Positions 50,852 through 62,170 of a DNA stretch of 64,000 nt are shown here, piece after piece (position 1 is the stretch's first letter; the number at the start of each line of letters is the position of its first letter). The notes beneath the pieces are model-generated. The model saw only the letters and a program-made list of their open reading frames with translations. It had not been told where the DNA came from and searched no databases. The stretch is taken from positions 372,001 to 436,000 of the forward strand of contig BQFW01000005.1 in NCBI GenBank assembly GCA_020891255.1, given 5' to 3'. The translations under genes and the position numbers were made by a program. The stretch comes from Entomortierella parvispora E1425. Lineage: Eukaryota; Fungi; Mortierellomycota.

Positions 50852-50959
50852 ACGTGTCACGGGCGGAGAACCGCACAGAAGGAAATCATTAGGAAACTGC
50901 ACTGTTATTGATATGGCACCTTGTGATTGGCTGCCAGACCGACTCTGTTGACGTGTCAC
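50852..50959 (-). promoter_or_regulatory. Two GACACGT (bZIP Hac1/XBP1-type UPR element-like) sites upstream of BiP
   Basis: An identical 9-mer ACGTGTCAC occurs at 50852-50860 and 50951-50959, about 176 and 275 bp upstream of the BiP ATG. The reverse complement contains GACACGT, matching the known Hac1-type core. Function is inferred. Confidence 0.5.
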
Positions 50960-51513
50960 CAAACCAGGCACTCGCCTTGCTCCCTTGAATCCCATGCAAA
51001 TTTCACGTACAGTTTGATCGCAGGGACCAATCGCAGCCTCACAGCAGCCATCGGCGCATTCCCAAGGGGCTCTCAATCTCATTCTCCAGGTTGCCACCAA
51101 TCCACCACAAGGTTGCACCACCCACAAACATCAGTTGTTGCAACAATGGCGAAAGGCAAAGGACACCACGACTCGAACAAAGGGTCCATGACAGGGTCAT
51201 GGCTCTCTCTCCTTCGTGGCTGAGTTGGGCCTCATTGAACTTACAGCTTGGGTCGCTCTTTTTTGTATGTACATGTACCTTGCCCTCCTCCTTCTCGCTG
51301 TCGTCTCTTGCCGCTGCCACGTTAGTTCCTCTCGGTTCTTTCTGCTTCCAACCATGAAAACCATATACAGTAGACTACCATGTCTTATTTGCCACTGCTG
51401 GCAGCTTCAAGTTTTATTGGAGACTTGAATAGGATTATAACAACGTGAATTATTAGGGGGTTTTGAAGTATGGCCACCCAGTTTGTGTTTGTTGATATTC
51501 TCTTCTTCTTCTC

Positions 51514-54050
51514 TTAGACTTCAATCGTCGGCTCTGTGGCCTGCTCCCAGAAGCTGATCAAGGACTTAACAGGTGGCTTGGTCTCCGTCTCCCTTCTCGT
51601 AATTGTCCTCAATCGATCAATCTCTGGCCTTGAAACGAATGTGGGAGAGGACGGCTGCTCTTGATGCTGTTGTTGAAGGCTCTCGGCCCTGGCTACAATG
51701 AAAGCCTGGGCACCCATCCGCAACGTCGCTTTTCGTGCCTCCCTCTCTTCCAAAAACTTTTGCTTTTCGCTTGCAGACGAGATGGAGGAACCCTGATGAC
51801 CCAAAGCATGTGGACGGGCTGATCCAGCTTTGCTGCTACCGACCAAAGAGGTAGATACGGAGCGATTGTGCTGCATGGCCTTGGCGCTCAATGATTCGGA
51901 AGAAGGAGCCAAGGTCAAGGACCCTACGCTGCTGACATCAGATGCCGCCATGGACAGTCGATGGGGATGACGATTCGGGACCACACTGGTAATGGTTGTG
52001 GGGGATTCAGCTGTAAGATTGGATGCTGTTGAGGGACTGAGAGTGAGCCTGCCTGACGTTGGCGTCAACATTGGAAGCTTAGGTGCCTGATCTGTCACCG
52101 TCTCAATACGGAGCTTTTCGCGCGCCTTGACTGCATGGCTGCCGCCGTGAGTACTAGTGGGGGGACTAGGAACCTGGCTGGAAACAGCGGTACTGGGCGT
52201 GTTAACGTTGCTAGTAGTGGTGGAAGCAAACGACTGGATGGTCGTGGTGTGGGTCGGCGAGACTACATTGTCCTCTGAACCAGGCTGCTGCTGGTGATTT
52301 TGCAGTAGCTGCGCAGACGAGGGTCGCTTGATGACACCGCGAGCAAAAGTACTAATACGCTTGAGCATTCCCCGAGGGTTTTGGTTGGCCTCTAGTTGAA
52401 GCAAGTATTGTTAGCCATGGTCCTGTATTCCAATAAAATGATCAGAGTGTATCCTTGTCCTACCAATGACACCCTTGACATTCAGCACTAGCTTGTTGAG
52501 CTGAGCAAGGCATGGTCCTGTAAAACTTCCGGAAGGGTCGATTCTCTACTCAGTTGATCAATTGTCCATGCACCGAGTTAACAAAACTGGAAGCTGGCGA
52601 GCAAGGGTAACTCGATGAGGAGAGAGCCAGACAGAGGGAGCGTTTACCTGTAGCCACTCGTTATAGACAGTCAGATGGTCAAAGGGATGGCGAAGGGCTG
52701 TGTCCCACTCGGCAGGGGTATGCCCAGATTTCTATTTTGTAAACAGCGTACGATCTTCGCGTTAGTACATGCTGCTCGCGACACATTGTTGACGCGTCAA
52801 CAAAAATATATGATAGTTGGTAGGTCACCTTGTCGTTTCGGCTTAATTTGAATACAGCGCTCGACAAGTCTCGTCCATGGTCTGCCAAGACTGGCTCCAA
52901 AATGAGCAGCTACGTAAGGAATGCAGAGGAGCAGAAGGAGAGAACGTGTCAGTTTAAAGCCATACAATGGTTCAAACAGCTCCGAGTGATGGCTCTATCG
53001 CAAACAACTTACCAGAGATTTCACGATGTCTGTCGCCCCTCTGACATCTTCCTTGGATGCCACAACATCCTGCAGTGGACAACGGTATTGAGGAGGAGGT
53101 ATATCAGGATCGATGGAGCAGAACAAGGAGAGAAGGGGAGGGCGATTGTAGAGGAGAAGGAGAGAGCCATCGGGACGATGCAATGCAAGGAGAAGGAAAC
53201 ACAACAAGAAATGAACGTTGGTTGCTTAGTTCTTTATCATGAGCCCGAGTGGTCCTTGAATCCTCGAGCACTCAGCAGCTACATAGCTCTGTAGCTCTGT
53301 AGCTTCTTCACAATACGATATCTTCGTTAATGTAGAGAAAAAAGGAGAGCCTGAAAGAAAGAGGAGACGGATGGAGAACAGGGAACCATCGAGGGTTGTG
53401 CAACGATATGTTGGGGAGAAAGAAGAGGACTAGATATTGTGCAAAGTGAATTTCAAGGGGTGCATTGAGCTGGGAAGCGAGGATGCCTTTTAGCCCTTCC
53501 ATGATCACCTTCATATCATGCATTGACGAAATCTCGTTGTCGAATTAGCACCCAAGATCCAGAATTTTATGGGGGAGAGCAGGATCGAGATGGCATGAAA
53601 GAGCTAGTCATGGGGCACGGAGAGTTGAAACTTACATCGTGGAACTTGATGTGGATTCGCATCATGGTTGTCCATCGTTCCACAAGCTCGCGGATTGTGT
53701 TGCTTGCTTTTCTTCCTGCAGCCAACGAGTGGTTTGAGGCGAGGTTGAGGGCATTGCCGACGCGCTGGATGAAGGAGAGGGGATATTGGTTGGTCAAGAA
53801 GGCTCTGACCCTGAACGCGTGATTTCGGGTGATGGCCTCACGAGAAAGGGAGAGTGGTTACCTTCAATGTGGACAGATAGTGCGCTTCTGCGATGACCAG
53901 CTCTGCGATGGTTGTTGTGGGATACCCTCGGGAGTTTTTGCGGAATGGGGTGCTGTTATATGCAGATACAGAGTAGGCGGTCGATACTCCAGAGAACGTG
54001 GAGTCAACCGGTGAGTTGACCGGTGTGACGACGGAGGGGGCGACAGACAT
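51514..54050 (-). CDS. Divergent Dbl-homology (RhoGEF)-like protein with disordered C-terminus, multi-exon
   Basis: IAELVIAEAHYLSTLK resembles DH CR1 and ALRHPFDHLTVYNEWLQ resembles CR3 (L..P.QRL..Y.LLL). Several small GT-AG-bounded exons lie at 52400-54050, followed by a long last exon. Confidence 0.5.
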
Positions 54051-55870
54051 ATTTTCTTTTGAGTGTATTAGGGTATCGGGGGCTGTGGGTGGGAGAGGTA
54101 TGAGGGTGCACTGGACACCAACAGTAGAAAAATGTCGAGGCGGGTGAGTGTATTCTGGTTCTTCTTTTGAGGAGGTAACGTTGCTGCAGGTATAGGTGGG
54201 GTAGGGACGGTGAGACAAGGCAGAACCGGATATTTAAAGGGAATAGAGATGGAGGGGAGGAGAAAGAGAAGAAAGAGAGCAACGACGCCTCGTTTTTCGT
54301 CGAGTATTTGTTCAGTGTTTTCCTCGAGAAGGGAGGCAGGTGGCAACAAAAATCAGATCAATACCCAATACCAAAATGGATCGGAAAGAGGGAGGATGGG
54401 GTGGTGGGGCAGAGGTGCCGCTTGGCACTGACGAGGGGGACTCGGAGACACCACGAGAAAGGGACAGTAGTCTCAGCGAGACCAGTCATTGAGTGAAGAG
54501 GGTCCAGCCTGCGTCCGTGTGTGTCCCAAGGAGGTGCAATTGCGAGGAGGAAGAGCTGGCCAATTTGGTTTTTCTTTTGCAGGAGACAGAGGAGACGAGG
54601 AGGCGAGAGAAAAGGGTAGCACGCAAGGAAGGAGCGAGCCGCATTTGGAGCACATGCGAACCTCCCTATTGTTGTCCCTCCTAAGTGCATACACTGTCAA
54701 ACACGCCTTCCAAGAAAGAGTGAGGGCAGGGACGACGCGAGGGTTCTTGTGGGTCAGATCATCATAGGGGGCGACAGCATGGCAAAGAGATACTTTCCCG
54801 CCACTTCGAAGGAGACAGAGTGAATTCTTCCTTGATCAATTCACTGCTTTCTTTCCTTCCTGGCCCTCGCCCTCATGACAATCCCATAGAATATAGAATG
54901 GGGAATGAAGGAACCCCAAAAGGTTCCCGACCACTGCTTACGGATCACCTCCCCTGATCCTGACCCGAATCCTGAACCCGGTACGTCGCAGTGAAATTTT
55001 CGTGGTGAGGATACCGTGGACAGGATAAAGTCCTTGGAGAGCGTGGTTTTCCTTGGCTCCTGTTGCTTGGCAGGCAGCACGGGAATCATCGACGCGTTTG
55101 TGCGACGACATGGTCCGTCTGGCATGAGGACGTCCTTGACTGCTCTTGCAGTCTGGCCAGAGAGCGCTCGCCGTCCAATTGCTGCTGTCTGTCCACCTGG
55201 CACTTGCAGCCAATAAGGTTCCGAGGTGCTCATTCCACATGAGAAATCATAATTGTGTCTGCTCTGCATTTGCATTGTCCATCACTAATCCTGCTTAAAA
55301 AAGGTTAGCCATCTTCTCCACTTGAAGCACCCACGGGGGGTCCTCTTGGCCGCCTCTCATATGTGTAACTATTATATCTTGAGGCTTGGCAAGGTTCCTC
55401 ACCGGTGCTCTCGTGCTTTGTCATTTGTGGTTGCAATCACACTCTCACAGGCACGGACCAAACATGACCAGAGTGTTGTGGAGTGGAGTGAAGACGAACA
55501 GAGGACTAAAGGCGAGGACTAGACTAGCGGGTGACAGGCACCCTGGTGATGCTTGAGTCCCTTGTTAGGATATATCCAGGTAACAGGTAAGTAGACCCGA
55601 ATGGCAGTCTTTGCACCGTCGACAGGCATTGAGACAGAGGTGTCGGGCTGGTCAAGACTGACATTGGAGAAGTGGCCCCAGCTTTTTGCCCCCATGTGGG
55701 AGACAAGGACAGAAGAACGAACCCTGTGTGCGGCACATGAAATGACGACGTCTTGGCCTGCTGGGGCTCAAAAAAAATTTACGCTTCAATAAAAGGGGAG
55801 GGGATCGACTCTCTTTTTCTTTTCTCTCTCCAACAAACTCCAACGATCTTCCTTTCCTTCCGCTTCGAGC

Positions 55871-57185
55871 ATGTCTTCTTCGTCCCTCAGAGCCAGATCC
55901 ACCGCCACCAAGGCCACCATGTCATCATCACCATCATCCGCTACAGAGGGTATCCACTCGATAACTCCCGCCACCGCCCTGTCCTCCACTCAGTCAGCTG
56001 CGTATGGCTCAACAGAAGACCCGGGAAAGAAGCAAAGCCTGACATGCACCTGGGATGAGCTTCCTCTCTGGATGCGAGATAATCCTGCCATCTGGACTGG
56101 ATATCGCCGCCCCACGCTCAGCTACAAAAAGTGCATTGCTTCCCTAGGCTACCTTCACAACGAGAGTGGTATGCATCATTGGAGAATCCTCAAAGATCTG
56201 ATTAGACCAGGTTGCGTGCCATTCACTCTCTAACAAATAATCTGCTCCTTTCCACTGAATAGTGAACATTTGGTCACATTTGTTGGGTGCCATCGTCTGT
56301 ATCATTGGATCGCCGATAGCCTACTTTAAGATTTTCGGAGTACTGGATACCGTGCACTGGACTGACATCGCTGTCTTTTACATCTTCATGGCTGGAGCCA
56401 TTATCTGCCTGTCCATGTCGGCCAGTTTCCACACAGTTTCCTGCCACTCTGAGCCTGTTGCCCATCAATGGAACAGATGCGACTATGTTGGGATCGTTTT
56501 TTTGATCGTAGGATCATTTTTCCCAGCTATCTTCTATGGTACGTCCTTGGCAAAATGCAGGCTGCTCCATCTTTGGCGATCCTTGACCATTCACTAATCA
56601 CATATGTCCTTTGTTGGCAATCTAGGCTTTTACTGCCACAAAACTTGGCAGATCATGTACATTTCGCTTATCAGTGCTTTTGGTGCCGCCACCATTGTTG
56701 CTGTGATCCGCCCTGAGTTCCGTCAACCTCAGTACCGCTGGATCCGCTCCTGCTTGTTCCTCGCCATGGGACTCTCTGCCGTGTTTCCTGTCATCCACGG
56801 ACTTGTTCTCTATGGAGTAAGAATTGTGTACTAAGCACTCTCCCCCCATGATCCTTCATTGGCGACTAACGTATCCTTTTTTTTTTTTTTTTTTTTCACT
56901 TTTTAGCCTGCCCTCGCTCAAAAGGCAATTGCTCTTAACTATATGATCTGCATGGGCGCCTCATATGTCTCTGGTGCCCTTCTCTATGGAACTCGTACCC
57001 CCGAGCGTTTCTTCCCTGGAAAACTGGCTCACTTCGGCACCTCCCACCAGATCTTCCATATTTGCGTGCTCTTGGGATGCTTGACCCATTTCCTGGGAGT
57101 CACCAAGGCCATGGCCTTTTGGCATGACGCCAACCACAGCTGCTCGATCCCTATTGAGCAGATGCGAACCGCCTTCTTGAACTAG
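55871..57185 (+). CDS. PAQR / adiponectin-receptor / Izh-family 7-TM protein, multi-exon
   Basis: WDELPLWMRDNPAIWTGYR, HNES|VNIWSH, SASFHTVSCHS, WNRCDYVGI, PERFFPGK and GTSHQIFH (Zn-binding His residues present). Confidence 0.92.
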
Positions 57186-57866
57186 AGACTCATCTCCATT
57201 CACTTTCTTTTTGTTCTTTCTGTCAGAATTGGCGGTACAATACCCTTTTCTCTTCCTCTTTTCCTTTGACCTTAATCTACCCGCGCCATGCCGCCTTTAT
57301 ATTAATATCCTAGACGATTATGACCCTCATGACTTCCTGTACCATACTTCCACGCCACAAAATAAATGACCAAAAAGGTTTTGCAGTTATCGTTTTGTCA
57401 ACATGCCGTCTGGGGCTTTATTCCCCAAGGCGTAAAAAAACTCGACTTTATCTTCATCATTGATGCAAAGGGCGAAGAGGAGGGGTTTGAGCAGCTGCCA
57501 AGCCAGTCAAGTCTTTCCCCCTGTTTTTTTTCTCTTCTCTCGCTAAATGATCCCACGGTTCAGCCATGCAAGGCAAAGCTGGGAGGCTAACGGCAATCGG
57601 TTTGTCTGTGCCGTCCCGTTGAACTGGAAGCGAACAAACAATCTCGACTTGGCCTCCAGTATGCCTCTTTCTCCTCTGCTTTTGACACTGCCATCCCCCT
57701 TCTCATCTGTTCATCTTTCACTTTCCATACACACGTCCTTTCCTGTTAGTATCGACGACTTTCGACTTTATACTCTTTGGCATTTTCTCGCTCTACCACT
57801 AATCGTATTGCTTGTCCTTTGTTTCTTTCCAACTGCTAGCAACAGCACCCCAGAACAACACACGTC

Positions 57867-59655
57867 ATGAGAATCGCAAACAAGGTCAAGGCCTCCGCAA
57901 GATACCTTTTCTCCAGCTTGGTGCCGAATCATTCCAAGGTAGTCCCAAGTGACCGTTACAACATCTTACTCCTGGGTGAGACACAAGTTGGCAAGAGCAC
58001 TTTCGTGCCAATATGCCAACCCCAAATACCAATTGAAGCCGGACGCCATCGGGGATGGGTTTAATTCATGCACGAGTGAGGTTGCCTGCCATTCTATTAT
58101 CACCAGCCTGCCTTCCTTCAAGGTGGTCGATACCTCATTGCGGTTGGATCCACATGGCCTCCCATTTCCAGTGGATTATGAGGATATAATGTCAACAGGG
58201 AGTCTCGTCGCCTATGAGAAGATTCTCAACGAACATCAGACTCCTGATGGCGTCTATGAGCTCAAGGTAGATCGACCCGGAAAGCAGCAGATCCGGTTTA
58301 ACTTATACGATTCCCCGGGTCTGAATGACAGCAATCGCAAAGACGAGCTCCACGTCGCGAATATCTTTGACGCAGTGAAGAGAGCCGGTAAAATCCACAT
58401 GGTGCTGATCGTGGTAGGTCAGGGACCTTGTAGTCCGGGGTTGCAGGACGCCATCCGCTGCTACCTTGATATTTTCCCCCAGTTCCAAGATATCATGGCA
58501 ATTGTTCATACCAAGACAAACTACAAACTCCTGCATCCAAGAGACAAGACCGGGTATGAGCGAAAAATGGCTTCAAAAATTGCCAAGCTCCATGAAATTA
58601 TCGGCCGCGAAAATTTCCCTCAATTCTGGATCGATTGCGATCTTCATTGAGACAAACCGGTTCCTCTATGTATTTCACAAAATACAATACAAATGATCCT
58701 TAGGGTTACCATGTCAAACCAGCTGCTTTTACTGGAGGCTGCCACGATCTCTAAAACGCCGCGGATGAAGGCCATTGATAAGTTGGTTGAAGACAAGTAT
58801 GCGGACCTTTCTGAGACCCTGGGAGACACTCTCCAACAGAAGGATCAGGCGCACCGCAAACTAATGTCAGAGGAATTCAAATGGAGGGATGCCATTGCAA
58901 AGAACGAATCCAGTCAGAAGAACGCCGAGGATTTTATCAAGGCCAACGAAACGGACGAAACAGAGTTGATGGATGAGTTCTTGTACACTGACGATTGGGC
59001 ACATTTCCGTATCATCCGCCCTGACACTGTCTGCCTGAAGGAGCAGGCTTTCAAGATTGATGTGTTAAACGTATATCACCACGGTTTCAATGTTGACAAC
59101 GAAGAAGGGGGAGAAGGTTCAACAAAGTGGACCGCTCGATACAAGAGAAAAAGTTACAAGAACGGTGTCTTGCGTGTCCGCTGCTATGTCAAAAAAAGCA
59201 ACTAATACAAGCAGCAGATCGAGGACACTAGAAAGGAGATGGACGACCTTAAAAGGCTCCATAAAGCACTGGTAGAGTCGGCCGAGAGCCAAGCTGAGGC
59301 AAAAAAAGAGATACAACTGGAAGTCGACGAGTTATCGGAGAAGAACAGTTTATACATCCAGATTGTGAAGATCGTCAGAGCAGACCGGATAAGGCCAGAT
59401 CTATTTCGCGCGCTTGCTGAGGCCGGGGCCTATAGGGGCATCCCCGCAGATAATATTCAGAAGGTCGTGCAGGTTCTCACTGACTTCCTCAGCAGACCAG
59501 ATGTCAGCGCTCCGTTCATGGACAAAGGGGGTGCAGTTGTCCACACAGTCGAAGAAGTGCCATATTTGTCGGATCTTGGTGCTGACCATGTCGAAGTTGA
59601 AATACCGGGCAGCTATGTCGAAAAGGACCCAGAAGATGATATACTCTTCTTTTGA
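57867..59655 (+). pseudogene. Disrupted copy 1 of tandem P-loop GTPase/coiled-coil gene family
   Basis: Collinear with the 60059-61849 gene but carries a roughly 10-nt deletion just after GKST (about 58003, frameshift), TGA at 58648-58650 where the paralogs have TGC, and TAA at 59203-59205 where the paralogs have AAG. Confidence 0.85.
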
Positions 59656-60058
59656 ATCCACTACATGTTCATATCAATTAAAAAAACCAATATGCTCTAA
59701 CCAACAATTCAACGACGCCATTCTGCCTTTGTAGTCTGTTAGGACTTCCGATCCTTGGCCACACAGGCGAGAGTTGAAAAGAGGAGAAAGTCTTTTGTTG
59801 CACGGTACTGTGACCTTTGTGTAGGACTTTGCCATCCGTTCCCCACGGATGCAAGGCGAAGCCGGGAATTCATCAGTTCCTTTCCTTTCTCTGTGTGTGT
59901 TTTTTTTTGGATTTTTTTTTTCAGCTGCTCATCCCTTTCTTTTTTTTTTTTTTTTTTTTTTTTTTTGCCGTTCTAGCCCTCTCTTCTTTTCTTCACCCAT
60001 TCTCTTCTTTCACCTTACAACCACTCTTCATCATTTCATTCTTACTCTCCCACGCTCA

Positions 60059-61849
60059 ATGAGTGACATAGATAATAGCAAGCCCTCTATTGAGCACTTT
60101 CAGCCCAGGCGAGCGCAGAACCATACCAAGGTAGTCCCAAGTGATTGTTGCAACATCCTACTCCTGGGTGAGACGCAAGTCGGCAAGAGTACCCTCGTCC
60201 AAGAAATTTGCCAATACGCCAACCCCAAGCACCAAGTGAAGCAGGAGGCCATCGGTGACGGGTTCAATTCATGCACGAGCCACGTTCATCGTTATCCTAT
60301 CATCACCAATCTGCCCTCGTACAAGACTGTTGATAGATATGGGACGAATCCTCGTTTGGTGGATCACAGAGATATACCAACCAGCAGTCTCGAAGACTAT
60401 GACATAGCACTCAATCAATACCAGTGGCCCGACGGTCCTTATGAACTCAAACTGGATACAGCCGACGAACAACTGACTCAGTTCAACCTGTACGACACGC
60501 CAGGTCTCAATGACAGCAGTGGCAACGATGAGCTTCACGCCGCGAATATCTTTGATGCGGTGAAGAGGGCCGGCAATGTCCACTTGGTCCTCATCGCGGT
60601 GGGACAAGGACCCTGTAGTCGAGGGTTACAAGACGCCATCCGATGCTACCTCGATATCTTCCCTCGGTTTCAAGATATCATGGCCATTGTGCACACGAAA
60701 ACCGACTACAAACTTTTGCATCCTCAGGATCCTACGGGGTTTGCAGAGAAGAAGATCGCAAAGACCAGAAGGCTCCATGAGATTATCGGACGCGACAACT
60801 TCCCTAATTTTTGGATCAATTGCGAGCTCCACTGCAGCAAACCGGTTCCCAAATGCCTCACCCAGAATACAATCCAAACAATATTAAGGATTGCCATGTC
60901 GAACCAACCAATCTCGCTAGAAACGATCTTGGTGTCCAAAACACCGAGAATGAGAGCTGTCGATAAGTTGGTGCAGGACAAGTACGGGGATCGGTCCCAG
61001 TCAACAGGGTACGCTCTTTATCATAGAGACGAAAAAGGAAAGAGATTGATGGCAGAGATGTTAAAAAAGATGGACGAAATCGCAAAGAACGAGTCCGATC
61101 AGAGAAATGCCGAAGCCTTCATCAAAGCCCAAGAAACGGACGAGATCGAGTTGATGGATGAGCTCGAGTATAGCGATAATTGGGCACACTTCCGCATCAT
61201 CCGCCCAGGAACAGTGAGACTGAGGGAGCAGGCTTCAAAGATCGACGCGTTGCATGTATTCCATCCTGGGTTTCATCTGGACAATGAGGAAGGAGGCGAA
61301 GGTTCAACAACGTGGTCCGCTCGATACAAAAGATTGAGCTACAAGAATGGTACCTTACGTGTCCAATGCTATGTCAAAAAGAGGAACAAGTACAAGAAGC
61401 AGATCAAGGACTCTAGGGAGCGCTTGGCCAGCTTGAAAGAGGAGAACAAACGAAATATAGAAGCTTACAAGCTTCAAGCCGATTCATCTAAAAATACCGA
61501 GGCGGAGGTTCAGGAATTGGTTCAGAAGAGCGATTTGTATACCCAGATTGTTAAAGTTGTCAGAGAGGACCAGTTAAGACCGGATTTGTTTCGTGCTCTT
61601 GCTGAAGCAGGGGCGTATCAACGCACATGTAGTCCTGCCGACAATATCCAGAAGGTTGTGGATGTTCTCACCGAGTTCCTTAACAGACCAGATATCAATG
61701 CACCGTTTAGGGACAGTGGAGATGAGGTTGTCCAAACCATCGAGGAAGAAGAAGAATCTTTCTCGTACGTTGTAGTTGATGCTGAAGACGTCGAAATGCC
61801 GGACAACTATAGCACGAAGAAATCAGAAGACAAAAATCCCTGTCAATAA
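60059..61849 (+). CDS. Intact intronless TRAFAC-type P-loop GTPase (AIG1/GIMAP-like) with coiled coil and inserted beta-rich domain (copy 2)
   Basis: G1 ILLLGETQVGKST, G2 region GDGFNSCT, G3 YDTPGLND, G4 VHTKTD. Followed by helical/coiled-coil segments and an acidic tail. Confidence 0.8.
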   Translation: MSDIDNSKPSIEHFQPRRAQNHTKVVPSDCCNILLLGETQVGKSTLVQEICQYANPKHQVKQEAIGDGFNSCTSHVHRYPIITNLPSYKTVDRYGTNPRLVDHRDIPTSSLEDYDIALNQYQWPDGPYELKLDTADEQLTQFNLYDTPGLNDSSGNDELHAANIFDAVKRAGNVHLVLIAVGQGPCSRGLQDAIRCYLDIFPRFQDIMAIVHTKTDYKLLHPQDPTGFAEKKIAKTRRLHEIIGRDNFPNFWINCELHCSKPVPKCLTQNTIQTILRIAMSNQPISLETILVSKTPRMRAVDKLVQDKYGDRSQSTGYALYHRDEKGKRLMAEMLKKMDEIAKNESDQRNAEAFIKAQETDEIELMDELEYSDNWAHFRIIRPGTVRLREQASKIDALHVFHPGFHLDNEEGGEGSTTWSARYKRLSYKNGTLRVQCYVKKRNKYKKQIKDSRERLASLKEENKRNIEAYKLQADSSKNTEAEVQELVQKSDLYTQIVKVVREDQLRPDLFRALAEAGAYQRTCSPADNIQKVVDVLTEFLNRPDINAPFRDSGDEVVQTIEEEEESFSYVVVDAEDVEMPDNYSTKKSEDKNPCQ

Positions 61850-62170
61850 AAACGGATCACGTTTTGGCCGGGACTTCACTTACCATTGTACCTTCGCATC
61901 CACGGTCTATCAGAAAGCATTCATGCAAGCACACTCGTACCGAGGACGGTCGAGAACTAAATAGGGGTGGCACACAGACACAGAGTCGCTTTGCCATCCC
62001 GTCGCATTGTGATGCAGGGCGAAGCTGGAAATTCATGTTGTCTTCAGTCGGCTAGCACTGCCTTTTTTTTTTCTCTCTCTCTCTCTTTATTCCCTCTCTG
62101 CAGTTCATCAGTCCATCCTTCTCTCTCACCAAGTCCCTCTTCTCTCCACTTTTTCAAGTGCCTTCTTTCT

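Noticed and set aside
58648-58650. In-frame TGA aligned to a Cys (TGC) codon of the paralogs, suggesting selenocysteine
   Set aside because: The same copy has a frameshift deletion and a TAA stop, and no SECIS was recognised. Simple pseudogenisation explains it.
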